A stretch of DNA of 64,000 nucleotides from Casimicrobiaceae bacterium (GTDB taxonomy: Bacteria; Pseudomonadota; Gammaproteobacteria; Burkholderiales; Casimicrobiaceae), in the NCBI GenBank assembly GCA_044225845.1, contig JBGAIC010000011.1, positions 4,054-68,053 on the forward strand, given 5' to 3'. This document shows, piece by piece, positions 20,861 to 30,319 of the stretch. Every line of letters begins with the position of its first letter. Positions within the stretch are counted from its first letter, which is position 1. Both the position numbers and the translations under genes were made by a program. Under the pieces are notes generated by a model. It was given only the letters and a program-made list of their open reading frames with translations. It was not told where the DNA came from and did not search any database.

Positions 20861-23800
20861 GTGGCGGCGGGGACGCCTGGCCATGAGCCTCGTCGAGGCA
20901 ATCCCTCAGCATTCGTCCGATGCGGCGGACATGCGGATCCTTGAGCAGGGAGTCGTGATCGCAATCGATCCAGTGGACCACGGGCTCGGCGCCCGTCCAT
21001 TCGCGCCAGCCCATGTCCGGCCGGTCGAGCCGGAAATAACCGAGATCCACGACGCGATCGCGCGATGCGGTGTCGCGGAACAAGTGCGTGACGATGCGCT
21101 GATCCGTCGGCGGGCAGTAGCGGAATCCGACATCCGCGAGCGCCTGCGCCAGCGGCGTGCGGCGGACCGAGGTCTCCGGCTGCTCACCCTGCGCGCCGAG
21201 CATCCACGCCAGGCGGCGGAACGCGTTGACGACGCGCGCAGGCGAGGGCGGTGCATGGCGCAGCCGTCGCAATGCCGTGGCCGGTCCCCAGCGCAGCACG
21301 CGCAGCAGGCGGACGGCTGCGCTGCGCGGGTGCACCGGTGGAAGGCTGCCGATCAGCCCCACGAAGGGTGATGGCGTGCCGGCCGCCGCGAGTTGTCGCG
21401 CGGCCTCGAATGCCACCTTGCCGGACCACGAATAACCGATCATCGCGGGCGCGTCGTGCACGCCGGCGCGGCGCAGCGCCGCCAAGCCTTCGCGCGCGGC
21501 GGCCTCGATGGTGTCCGGCCGCGCGCCGCCAGTCGCGACTGCGGGGGAGAGGATGCCGAGAAGGCGGCGCCCTTGCCAGTCGCTCGCGAGCCGCGCATAA
21601 ACCTCCACGTCGCCGCTCAAGCCGTACCAGCAGACCAGCGGCGGCGTGCTGCCCGGACACAGTTCGGCGACGACGACGCGTGGCACGTCGCTCACGAGCC
21701 TGCGCAAGCCGTCCAGCGTGGGCGTGGCAAGAAAATGTCCGACGGGAACGCGCACGCCGACTTGCGCCTCTACGGCGAGCAGCAGGTCCATAACGCCCAG
21801 CGAATCGCCGCCGTGCTCCCAGAAGCTGCCGCGTGTGACGTCGCCGCGCGATCTTGCCAGCACGCGATGCCAGATGGCCGCGATGGGATCGGCTTCCGTC
21901 CGCCTGGCTTGCGCGTTCGACGAGGCCACCGCGCGCAAGGCCGCGCGATCAACCTTGCCCGCCGCGGTGCGCGGGAGCGCTTCGTGCAACACGCATTCGC
22001 GCGGGGCGACGGCCGGTGGCAACTGCTCCGCGAGCCGGGCGAGAAGGCTCGTTGCCAACGTCGGGTCGGCGTCCCACTTCGCCGCTGGCACCACGTGGAC
22101 GACGAGTCCCACGGCCCGCTCGTCCACGAGCACAGGCAGGCACACCGCTTCGCGCACCCGCGCGTCCGCCACGAGCAGCGCGACGATTTCCCCCGGCTCG
22201 ACGCGCACGCCCAGCAACTGCACCTGGTCGTCGATGCGTCCGTGAAACTCGAAGTCGCCGTTCGTGCCGATGCGTACGCGATCGCCGGTGCGGTAGCGGC
22301 GGCGGCCGGGCGCATGTGGGTCGGCTTCGAATCGTTCCGACGTCAGTTCGGGGCGGCCGCGGTACCCGCGTGCTACCTGCGCACCGCCGAGCACCAACTC
22401 TCCCGACGTCCCCGGTGCCACGTCGGTGCCGTTGCGGTCGACGACGCGCACAGTGACGCCGCGCAGCGGCTGGCCGATCGGCGGCCGGCCGGTGCCAGCT
22501 GCCACCTCCGCCCACAGGCTGTCGACGGTGTTCTCCGTGGGCCCATAACTGTTCAGCAGGCGGAACGGCAGGCCCGCGGGCGGCCGATGATGCAGTGCCT
22601 CGCCGCCGGTCAACAGCGCGCGCATTGCAGTCGCGCGCGGCCACTCCAGCGCAATCAAGCGTTCGCCCGCCGCGGTGGGCACGAACGCGCACGTGCAACC
22701 TGAGTCCACGAGCCAGTCGCGCAACGCGTGAGGATCACGCAGCAGCCCCGCGGGCGGCACGTTGACGGCGCCACCCACCGCCAGGATCGGCCAGATATCC
22801 GCGACCGATGCATCGAACGTGGGGTGCGCAAGCATGGACATCCGGTCCGCTGCCGACAGCGGCAATGCGTGGCGATAATGGTCGATCAGGTTTGCGAGCG
22901 CGGAGTGCGGAATCTCGACCGCCTTCGGGCGACCCGTGGAGCCGGACGTGAAGATGCGGTAAGCGCAGGCATTGCCGTCGATTGCTGGAGGCTTCGAGGC
23001 GGCGATCTCGTTCGCGATGAGGTCCAGCAATACGACGCGCGTCGCGGCGGGGACCGAAGCGGCGTGCTCGCGCGTCGTGACGACGTGCGTGACGCCCGCT
23101 TCAGCCACTTCGACGGCACGACGCTCCACGGGTGTGGAGAGGCCGAGCGGGACGTAGCAGGCTCCCGCCGTCATGGCGCCGAGCGCCGCGACGATGAAAT
23201 CCGTGCCTGCCGGCAGCAGGATGCCGACCCCGTCCTCCGCGCGGACACCCGTTTCGCGCAATGCGTCAGCGAGTGCGCCGGCGCGACGGGCCAGCGTGCC
23301 GTGCGTGGTGATCTGGTGGCCTTCTACGATCGCGGTCGCCGCCGGTGCTTCCTGCGCGCGCGCTGCGAGCAATGTGACCACATCAAGGGCCGCAAGGCCA
23401 GCGGGAGCGATTGGAGCCGGCGATGTCGATGCACGAGGCGTCGGTGCGCGAGGCGGATCTTCCATCGCGGCGACCGGGAGCCCGCCGTTGCGCCACGTCA
23501 CTCGCACCGCAGCGTCCGCACACGCGACAGTCACGGCTTGCGGCTCGCGCGACAGCACGGTGCCCGGTTCGCCATGGGCCTCGACGCGCGTCGCGGCGTG
23601 GACCTCGAACGCGGGACGGCCCGCGACGGAAGCGGTGGCCCGCCCGAAGTCGTTGGGCACGTGACCCCAGTCGCATGCGCGCACGAGTTGCACGATGCGC
23701 GCAGCGGGCCAGGCCCAATCGACGTGGCCTCCGTTGGGCGCGACGTCGCGACGGCCGTAATAGCTGCGGCGCCCAACGTCCTGCGCCCGCCCGTCCAGCG

Positions 23801-24311
23801 TCCGCTGCTCGATCCGGTCGAACAGTTCATCGATGCTGGCCAGGGCCTCGCGCGTGCAGCGCGCGTTGAGCGTCGCCGTGGTTTCGTCCTCCGTCAGCGG
23901 GAAGCGGCGCTGCACGAGGACGGGACCGGTGTCGATCCCGGGTTCCATCCGGTGCCACGTGATGCCATGGGAGGTCTCGCCATTGGCGATGGCCCACGCC
24001 GTGGCGCGCAGGCCCGCATACGCCGGCAACGGACCGTTGTGGTAATTGATGGCCGCGAGACGTGGACGGGCCAACGTCGCAGCATCGAGTATGTGGAGGT
24101 TGTTGACGCTCAGCAGGACATCGCAGCTGACCTGCGCGAGGAAGGTCGCCGGACTTGCATCCAGCGCGGCGACGGGAATCGCGGCCCGCTCGAGCACCGC
24201 GCGCTCGTCCCGCGCTGTCGCGAGAACGCCCACGACGCGATGACCGCGCTCCGCCGCACGTTCGCGCACCCCCGCGAACACGAGGCCTTCACCGATCAGG
24301 GCGACGTCCAT
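20835..24311 (-). CDS. Stand-alone NRPS-like protein: formyltransferase (N and C domains) - adenylation - PCP - thioesterase
   Basis: INYHNGPLPAYAG and GIDTG (formyltransferase); FTSGSTGRPK, FDAS, NSYGPTE, YRTGD, GKVDR (A domain); GGDSL (PCP); GYSWSG and C-terminal DHDSL (TE). Start at ATG 24311 inferred. Confidence 0.88.
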   Translation of the reverse strand: MDVALIGEGLVFAGVRERAAERGHRVVGVLATARDERAVLERAAIPVAALDASPATFLAQVSCDVLLSVNNLHILDAATLARPRLAAINYHNGPLPAYAGLRATAWAIANGETSHGITWHRMEPGIDTGPVLVQRRFPLTEDETTATLNARCTREALASIDELFDRIEQRTLDGRAQDVGRRSYYGRRDVAPNGGHVDWAWPAARIVQLVRACDWGHVPNDFGRATASVAGRPAFEVHAATRVEAHGEPGTVLSREPQAVTVACADAAVRVTWRNGGLPVAAMEDPPRAPTPRASTSPAPIAPAGLAALDVVTLLAARAQEAPAATAIVEGHQITTHGTLARRAGALADALRETGVRAEDGVGILLPAGTDFIVAALGAMTAGACYVPLGLSTPVERRAVEVAEAGVTHVVTTREHAASVPAATRVVLLDLIANEIAASKPPAIDGNACAYRIFTSGSTGRPKAVEIPHSALANLIDHYRHALPLSAADRMSMLAHPTFDASVADIWPILAVGGAVNVPPAGLLRDPHALRDWLVDSGCTCAFVPTAAGERLIALEWPRATAMRALLTGGEALHHRPPAGLPFRLLNSYGPTENTVDSLWAEVAAGTGRPPIGQPLRGVTVRVVDRNGTDVAPGTSGELVLGGAQVARGYRGRPELTSERFEADPHAPGRRRYRTGDRVRIGTNGDFEFHGRIDDQVQLLGVRVEPGEIVALLVADARVREAVCLPVLVDERAVGLVVHVVPAAKWDADPTLATSLLARLAEQLPPAVAPRECVLHEALPRTAAGKVDRAALRAVASSNAQARRTEADPIAAIWHRVLARSRGDVTRGSFWEHGGDSLGVMDLLLAVEAQVGVRVPVGHFLATPTLDGLRRLVSDVPRVVVAELCPGSTPPLVCWYGLSGDVEVYARLASDWQGRRLLGILSPAVATGGARPDTIEAAAREGLAALRRAGVHDAPAMIGYSWSGKVAFEAARQLAAAGTPSPFVGLIGSLPPVHPRSAAVRLLRVLRWGPATALRRLRHAPPSPARVVNAFRRLAWMLGAQGEQPETSVRRTPLAQALADVGFRYCPPTDQRIVTHLFRDTASRDRVVDLGYFRLDRPDMGWREWTGAEPVVHWIDCDHDSLLKDPHVRRIGRMLRDCLDEAHGQASPPPLSGRPALP

Positions 24312-24407
24312 GCGGCCGCATGTTGCCATCGGTCCTGAAGGCGGCGCAACGCCGGCGTGGCACATCAGTTGCTTTTCCAGTGAGTGACCGTACTGGAATA
24401 GACAACC

Positions 24408-25970
24408 GTGCAACTTTCGACTCGCAAATCTCATCGTGCCCGAAGACTGATCGCAGCGGGCGTGCTGCTCGCGCTGGTCCTCGGCGGATGCATCGGGCAA
24501 TCCACTACGCCCAATCCGCCGTTGGACGAGTCGTCGCCGCCGGCCTACCTGCCGGTGACCATCCAGAACAATTCCGGGCAGACGCTGTACGTCAAGTTCA
24601 CCGGCAACTCGATGGCCGTGAGCCCGAACACTGGGCAGATCGCGTCCGGCAGCTCGGCCTCGTTCAACGTGACCACCGTCAGCGCCGGCCGCATCTACCT
24701 GTCGTATGGCACGGCGCTCCATAGCGATGCGCCCGATGGCGCCAATCCGAGCGACCCCGACTACTACACGCGCTTCGACAAGGTGGAGCTCAGCTACACG
24801 CAGGGCGCCGGCGGCAACGCCAACCTCACCGCCGTCGATTTCTATGCGATCCCGCTGGTGCTCGAGACGTCCATCCAGTCGACGACGATCGACCACCTCA
24901 CCTTCGCGAACGGTAAGTCGGGCAACGATCTGCAGACTGCGCTTACCGCAGCCGTCGCCTCGGGCCAGACCGCGCCCGTAATCAATACGACGGCTGGCAC
25001 GTTCGCGCGCTTGCTGTCGCCGGTGAAGGCGCCGGCCGCGTATGCGAGCTTCGACGCGTTCCTCGCCACGCTCACAAGCCCCACGACGTTTACGATCGCC
25101 GGCACTTTTTTCGGAACGCCGTCGGAGAGCTACGACTACACGGGATCGATGGCCAGCGACACGATCACGCTGACCAATGCTGCGCAGGCGCACACGATCA
25201 CGATCAAGCGCTCGACGCTCGACTACAGCGCGACCGACTTGATCAACCACAACGGCGTGTACACGTGCGACGCACCGTTCATGGTGGACGGCGTGGCGCA
25301 CGACGTCGCCGACAACGATATCTACGCGGCCGTCTATCGCGACCTGGTGGCGGGCCTCAACCTGGGCTTCGTCCGCGCAGGCGGGGCGAACACCAGCAGC
25401 GCGTGGTGGACCGAGCCGGCCTTTCCCACGCAGAACGCACCGGCGACCGCGTATTACAACGCGTACGCCAAGGCCGTCGCCGAGGTTTATCCGGGCGCCT
25501 ACGGCTTTCCGTTCTCCGACCGCTATCGCCAGGTGCTGGCGAGCCTGGGCGGCATGGTCGACGGCATGACGATCACGGTGCTCGGCGACAGCGCGGCGCC
25601 CGCGCCGTACACGCCGCAGGGCACCGTCAATCCGCAGAGCGGATCCGGCCCGACATTCAACCTGTCGCTGACCACCGCCGACAATAACTTCAACACGACG
25701 ACTTTCACGTTCGACACGCAGACCTATCACGGCGGGACCAACACCACGTTCCCGACGACCCCGACGCCGTTCAGCGCGCCGAACAATTCGGCGGTCATCG
25801 GGAGCATTCCGACGCAAGACGGGCTCAATATCTATACGCTCGTCGTGCGCGGAAGGACGTACAGCGTCCTGGCGAAGGTGAAGAGCGGCGCGATCGAGTG
25901 GGGGTCGATCGCCGGCGGGGGCAATGCGAACTTCAGCGGCGGCGTGCTGTATGTGGGCGGATTGGACTAG
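24408..25970 (+). CDS. GH64 beta-1,3-glucanase / thaumatin-like lipoprotein with Thr-rich C-terminal beta domain
   Basis: Lipobox LGGC; FDKVELSY...NLTAVDFYAIPL and NAYAKAV...AYGFPFSD resemble GH64 motifs. Confidence 0.72.
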   Translation: MQLSTRKSHRARRLIAAGVLLALVLGGCIGQSTTPNPPLDESSPPAYLPVTIQNNSGQTLYVKFTGNSMAVSPNTGQIASGSSASFNVTTVSAGRIYLSYGTALHSDAPDGANPSDPDYYTRFDKVELSYTQGAGGNANLTAVDFYAIPLVLETSIQSTTIDHLTFANGKSGNDLQTALTAAVASGQTAPVINTTAGTFARLLSPVKAPAAYASFDAFLATLTSPTTFTIAGTFFGTPSESYDYTGSMASDTITLTNAAQAHTITIKRSTLDYSATDLINHNGVYTCDAPFMVDGVAHDVADNDIYAAVYRDLVAGLNLGFVRAGGANTSSAWWTEPAFPTQNAPATAYYNAYAKAVAEVYPGAYGFPFSDRYRQVLASLGGMVDGMTITVLGDSAAPAPYTPQGTVNPQSGSGPTFNLSLTTADNNFNTTTFTFDTQTYHGGTNTTFPTTPTPFSAPNNSAVIGSIPTQDGLNIYTLVVRGRTYSVLAKVKSGAIEWGSIAGGGNANFSGGVLYVGGLD

Positions 25971-26042
25971 CGCGGCAAGCGGCCGCGCTCCGGGCGGCTG
26001 ACGGTACCAAAGCCTGCGGACAGGATTACCGGCCCGTGCGAG

Positions 26043-26537
26043 CTAGCGATGATCCGCGGACTCGGGCAGCAACAGCACGATCAGCACGAGCATCCCGCAG
26101 GTGAGGAATTCGACCGCCTTGGCTTGGCCATTCCAGATCTGCGACTGCCACATGCCGAACCATTCGCCGCCGACGGTCACGAAGCCGACGTAGTAGAGCA
26201 GGAACAGCAACGTCAGTCCGCACGCCGCTGCGGTCTTCGCGCCGTTGAACGCGGCGACGTCGCGACGCGCGCGGTAGAGCTGCCAAGCGCCGACGACGCA
26301 CAGGAGGCCGACCGCAAGTTCCGTCGCGATGATCGCCCAGTAGCCTGCCGCCTCCAGCGTCGTGTTCGTCACCGCGCGGTATTTGAGGGGGTTGTCCGGA
26401 AAGACCGTGTCCATCGACAGCACGTGCCGCACGAATTGCCAGTTGGAACCGTAATCGAGGAGGTTGTCGAGGCCGACGAGGAGGGCCCACAGGCCGACGG
26501 CCAGCACCAGCAGCGATTTGAGGAAGCGGATGATCAT
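26043..26537 (-). CDS. DUF2165 family membrane protein
   Basis: DYGSNWQFVRHVLSMDT, GGEWFGMWQSQIWNGQ. Confidence 0.88.
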   Translation of the reverse strand: MIIRFLKSLLVLAVGLWALLVGLDNLLDYGSNWQFVRHVLSMDTVFPDNPLKYRAVTNTTLEAAGYWAIIATELAVGLLCVVGAWQLYRARRDVAAFNGAKTAAACGLTLLFLLYYVGFVTVGGEWFGMWQSQIWNGQAKAVEFLTCGMLVLIVLLLPESADHR

Positions 26538-26664
26538 GGGGCGTCAATGCTTGCATGAGCCCGGTCGCGGAAGCAAGCGCCGACGCGGCATTGCAAGCGT
26601 CGGGTGGCGCGCGATGCGCCAACGCGCACGCCACTGTCGGGGCGGCGTGCGCGTTGGGCGTGGA

Positions 26665-26970
26665 TCAGCGCCCGTTGCGGTTGGCGGAAATGGCGGCGGC
26701 CTTCATCTCTTCGGAGGCCTGATACAGCAGCTGCTTCGCATTGGACGCATGGCCGCCCAGGTCGTACTCGTTGGCCTGCTGCGCGGCAGTCATCGCCTCG
26801 TACGCCTGGAGCGTGTACTGCTGCGCGCGTGCGATGTTCCCGTGGCGCGCGGGATCGACGTTGAGCGGAGGCTGGCCGTAGCCGGGCGGCGGGCCCGACT
26901 GCGCGCAAGCGACGACGGCGACGAGGGCGACGGAAGCAGCGGCGCCGGTGAGGAAGGAGCGAACGTCCAT
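26665..26970 (-). CDS. Small exported hypothetical protein
   Basis: AAGGA RBS, signal/lipoprotein peptide, RHGNIARAQ...DLGGHASNAK helical domain. Confidence 0.7.
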   Translation of the reverse strand: MDVRSFLTGAAASVALVAVVACAQSGPPPGYGQPPLNVDPARHGNIARAQQYTLQAYEAMTAAQQANEYDLGGHASNAKQLLYQASEEMKAAAISANRNGR

Positions 26971-27020
26971 GAATCTATCCTTTCGTTGGGGGGTGGATGG
27001 TGCGAGGGTTTGCAACTGAT

Positions 27021-27800
27021 TCAGGTGCGGGTTGCGAACATGGCGGCCAGCTCGACCAGGCTTGGCGCCATGGCGTCGAAGTACGCCTCGGGCTCGACGT
27101 CGGCATGGCCTTGCGGCCCGAATTCGCGGGGCCGCGGAATGAACGCGACCTTGAAACCGAACTGCTTGGCGGCCGCCAGGTCGTACTTGTGGCAGGCGAC
27201 CATGAGGATCTGGTCCGCACGCACGCCCAGCGATTTCTGGGCGAGCGCATAGACTTTGGGATCCGGCTTCGAGGAGTTGACCAACTCCGCCGTCAGGATG
27301 CAATCGAACGGCAGGTCATGCATCTTGGCGATGTTGATCAATGACGCCATCGAGCCATTTGAAAGCGTCGACAACTTGAACGCCTTGCGCAGGCTGGCAA
27401 GACCCGGCCGCGTATCCGCCCATGGTTCGAGCGTAGACCACGCGGCGCTCAGTTGGTCGCGGTCCCCGCTCGACAGGACTTGGCCCCAGGCCGTGTCGGC
27501 CAGCAACCGGTCGAGCGTGCTGCGATAGATCGCGTCGGTGGACTTCCAAGGCGACGCCCCGGACATGATGCCGTCCAGTTCGTCGCGATAGAGCTTTCGC
27601 CACTGGGTCAACACGGCGGTCCAGTCGACGTGGATTCCGCGAGTTGCCACGTAGCGATTGCCCGCGTCGGCGATGGTCGTGTAGAAGTCGAGCAACGAGC
27701 CTTGCATGTCGAACGCCACGGCCTTGATCGTTGCAGGATCAAGGTGGCAGAAGCGCGCGGTGGGCGCCGGTGCCTGCGCGTCGTCTGGAGCCTGGTTCAT
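27021..27800 (-). CDS. Haloacid dehalogenase type II (HAD superfamily)
   Basis: AFDMQG, LSNG, KPDPKVY, MVACHKYDLAAA. Confidence 0.88.
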   Translation of the reverse strand: MNQAPDDAQAPAPTARFCHLDPATIKAVAFDMQGSLLDFYTTIADAGNRYVATRGIHVDWTAVLTQWRKLYRDELDGIMSGASPWKSTDAIYRSTLDRLLADTAWGQVLSSGDRDQLSAAWSTLEPWADTRPGLASLRKAFKLSTLSNGSMASLINIAKMHDLPFDCILTAELVNSSKPDPKVYALAQKSLGVRADQILMVACHKYDLAAAKQFGFKVAFIPRPREFGPQGHADVEPEAYFDAMAPSLVELAAMFATRT

Positions 27801-27834
27801 CGTCGAATCCGGTTGCGTGAAGGCGGCATGCGGT

Positions 27835-28395
27835 TCAGGCGTTCGGGGGGAGCAGGCCACCGACGTCGCTCGGATAGCCCGCGGCCTTGAACGCGCTCGC
27901 CTTGGCCGCGAAGTACTGCTTGACCCATGCGAAGCGCGCGCTGCTGCGGGACAAGCCCACCGCGCCGGCGATGCTCGCGATGCTGATCGGCTTGCCGCCC
28001 GCGGCCCAATCCCCTTCGGTGATCTCGCTGATCACCACCTGGCAGCTGCCGCCGGCCTCGGGTACGGACATGTCCTGTCCCGTGACCGCCATCAGCGCGG
28101 CATTCACGCCGGCCTGCACGTCGGTCTTGTGCTGCGCGTTCATGTAGCCCTCGGGGATGCGCACGTCGACGAGAAAGCATCCCGGCGGGCGCACGTAGGT
28201 GGCGTCGGTATGCCCGCCCGCCCACCAGTCGCCGCGTGCGATCGGGTTGTAGAGGACCCATGCGAACGCGTGGCCGCCTTCGGTACCGGCGCCGCCTTCC
28301 ATCTGGATCATCAGCGCGGTCAGGCGCGTCGACAGGTCCTGCTTCTGGGCATCGCTCAACGTGCCGGCGACGTAATGGACAGTCATGATGGGCAT
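27835..28395 (-). CDS. Tautomerase superfamily protein (fused beta-alpha-beta, Pro-1)
   Basis: M-P-I start giving catalytic Pro1; two 4-OT-like repeats; EITEGDWAAGG. Confidence 0.82.
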   Translation of the reverse strand: MPIMTVHYVAGTLSDAQKQDLSTRLTALMIQMEGGAGTEGGHAFAWVLYNPIARGDWWAGGHTDATYVRPPGCFLVDVRIPEGYMNAQHKTDVQAGVNAALMAVTGQDMSVPEAGGSCQVVISEITEGDWAAGGKPISIASIAGAVGLSRSSARFAWVKQYFAAKASAFKAAGYPSDVGGLLPPNA

Positions 28396-28459
28396 TGCAA
28401 TGCTCCGTAACGAGGCGCGCGTGCGGCGGGACTGGGGGCCACATCCACACGCGCTTTGA

Positions 28460-29233
28460 TCACATGATGGTTTCGACGAACAGCATGTCGGTCTTGCCGG
28501 CGCCCGAGCTGCAGCGGATGGCATCGACGCCCCAGGCAGCGGCGGAATCGCGCCGCCCGAGCGTGGCCTCGCCACCCAGCGCCGTGTGCCACCGCGCCTC
28601 GCCTTCGATGACGAAGCCGTAGACGCCGTGCCGCGGCGAGATCGGCGTGTACACCTGCTCCGTGGGCCCATCGCACACCCAGCGCGACACGCGCACGTCC
28701 TGCGGGATGGGCAGCGCACCGGCGTCGGCGTCGTCACCGACCAGCGTCACCAGCTTGTTGCGACCGGCCTGCGCGTCGAAATGCTTGCGGTGGTAGCTGG
28801 GCGGCAAGTACAGCCGGTCCGGCAGGAACCACAGGTAGATCGCGTTCATGTCCTCGCTGCGCAGGTTGAGTTCGCTGTGCTTGCCGCCCGAGCCCGCGGA
28901 GAACACGTAGTAGTCGCCCGCGCGCAGCTGGTCGACGAAGCCCACCGTGTTGACGTGCGTCAGCTCGCCTTGCAGCACCACCGCGCAGATGACGAAGTCG
29001 TGGTGCGGGTGCATGTTGTAGCCGCAGCCCGTGCCGCTGAACACTTCGTCGCCGAACACACGCATCGTGCCGAAGCCCGCGCGCCCGTCCTGGTAGTCGT
29101 TGAAGTTGAAGCTGGAGTGGCGCGTCAGGCGGGCGTCGGGATGGCCGGCAATGTAGGACGCCGTTTTCGCGCCTTCCGAGTCGTAGCGCCCAAAGCCACG
29201 CTCGTCGGCGCGCAGGACGAAAGAACCTTGCAT
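28460..29233 (-). CDS. Pirin family protein (divergent)
   Basis: HSSFNF, MHPHHD, GELTH, SAGSGGKHSELN, LWFLP. Confidence 0.85.
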   Translation of the reverse strand: MQGSFVLRADERGFGRYDSEGAKTASYIAGHPDARLTRHSSFNFNDYQDGRAGFGTMRVFGDEVFSGTGCGYNMHPHHDFVICAVVLQGELTHVNTVGFVDQLRAGDYYVFSAGSGGKHSELNLRSEDMNAIYLWFLPDRLYLPPSYHRKHFDAQAGRNKLVTLVGDDADAGALPIPQDVRVSRWVCDGPTEQVYTPISPRHGVYGFVIEGEARWHTALGGEATLGRRDSAAAWGVDAIRCSSGAGKTDMLFVETIM

Positions 29234-29247
29234 GATGTCTCCGGGAA

Positions 29248-29481
29248 TCAGAAGCCGGCGCGCGCGAACGCGTTGGCAGGATTGGGCTGGTGGTCGGCGT
29301 AGGGGATCTCGACCATCTCGAAGCGGTGCTTGGGAGTGCCGCAGTCGAGGCAGACCCAGTCGTTCGGAATGTCGGCCCAGCGGGTGCCGGCCGGGATGCC
29401 CTCTTCGGGCAGTCCGAGTTGCTCGTCGTACAGAAAGCCGCAACCCAGGCACAGGTAGCGCTTGAAAGGCTCGTTGGACAC
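29248..29481 (-). CDS. Rubredoxin
   Basis: CLGCGFLYDEQLG...GTRWADIPNDWVCLDCG; GTG start after AAGGAAG. Confidence 0.9.
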   Translation of the reverse strand: MSNEPFKRYLCLGCGFLYDEQLGLPEEGIPAGTRWADIPNDWVCLDCGTPKHRFEMVEIPYADHQPNPANAFARAGF

Positions 29482-29533
29482 AGTCGTCTTCCTTGAGTGG
29501 GGCGCTCCCGTGTTACCGGCGGCGGCCGGTGTA

Positions 29534-29574
29534 AGTAGCGCGTGACGCATTATAGTCGTGTGTGACGCGCTACT
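29534..29574. promoter_or_regulatory. Candidate GntR operator (inverted repeat)
   Basis: AGTAGCGCGT-N21-ACGCGCTACT in the divergent promoter region. Confidence 0.5.
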
Positions 29575-29612
29575 GCAAGCTTTTTCGTGTACAGTGGCGG
29601 TGTTGACGCCTG

Positions 29613-30287
29613 ATGACAATGGAGCTGCCCATGACCCAATTGACTGCGGAACCCGTGGCGAACCTGCGCGAGCAGATCCTTGCCCGCGTCCGCGACGACA
29701 TCATCGCGGGCCGCAGCAAGCCCGGCACCGTGCTATCGGCGCCCTCGCTGTCCGCCGAACTCGGCGTATCGACCACCCCCGTGCGTGAGGCGCTGCTCGA
29801 CCTGGCGCGCGACGGCTTCATCACGCCGATGCGCAATCGCGGCTTCCGTGTGGAGCGCATGACGGAGGCGGCGATGGATAACCTCTTCGACATGCGCGTG
29901 CTGCTGGAGCGGCACGCACTGGTGGCGGTGGCCGGCGCGCGGCTCAAGAACACGGCCGAGCTCACGCGCCTGGCCGACGCGGTGGGTGATGCCGTAGAGG
30001 CGAACGACGTGCCGCGCTACCTGGATACGGATCGCGCCTTCCATCGCGCGCTGGTGGAGCGCGCGAACAATCCGCTGCTCACGCGGATGGTGATGAACCT
30101 GCGCAACGACATGCGCCTCTACGGCATCGACTCCGCCGAAGGCCGCAAGCGGCAGAAGCTATCCGTCAAGGAGCACTACCAGATGATCGCGATGGGCGTC
30201 GCCGGCGACGTCGAGGGCATCGCCAGGCTCATCGAGCAGCACATCGTGTCGTGGAAGCCGCTGTTCCGCGCGGCGATCGAGAGTTGA
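29613..30287 (+). CDS. GntR (FCD) family transcriptional regulator
   Basis: LSAELGVSTTPVREAL, DRAFHRAL, NPLL, KEHYQMI. Start could also be 29619 or 29631. Confidence 0.9.
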   Translation: MTMELPMTQLTAEPVANLREQILARVRDDIIAGRSKPGTVLSAPSLSAELGVSTTPVREALLDLARDGFITPMRNRGFRVERMTEAAMDNLFDMRVLLERHALVAVAGARLKNTAELTRLADAVGDAVEANDVPRYLDTDRAFHRALVERANNPLLTRMVMNLRNDMRLYGIDSAEGRKRQKLSVKEHYQMIAMGVAGDVEGIARLIEQHIVSWKPLFRAAIES

Positions 30288-30319
30288 GGGCGCCGGGACG
30301 CGCCCGGGCTTCGATGCCG

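Noticed and set aside
24312-25817. 500-aa N-terminal extension of the NRPS-like ORF (1660 aa in the track)
   Set aside because: It is the antisense of the GH64 gene; recognisable sequence begins at MDVALIGEG.
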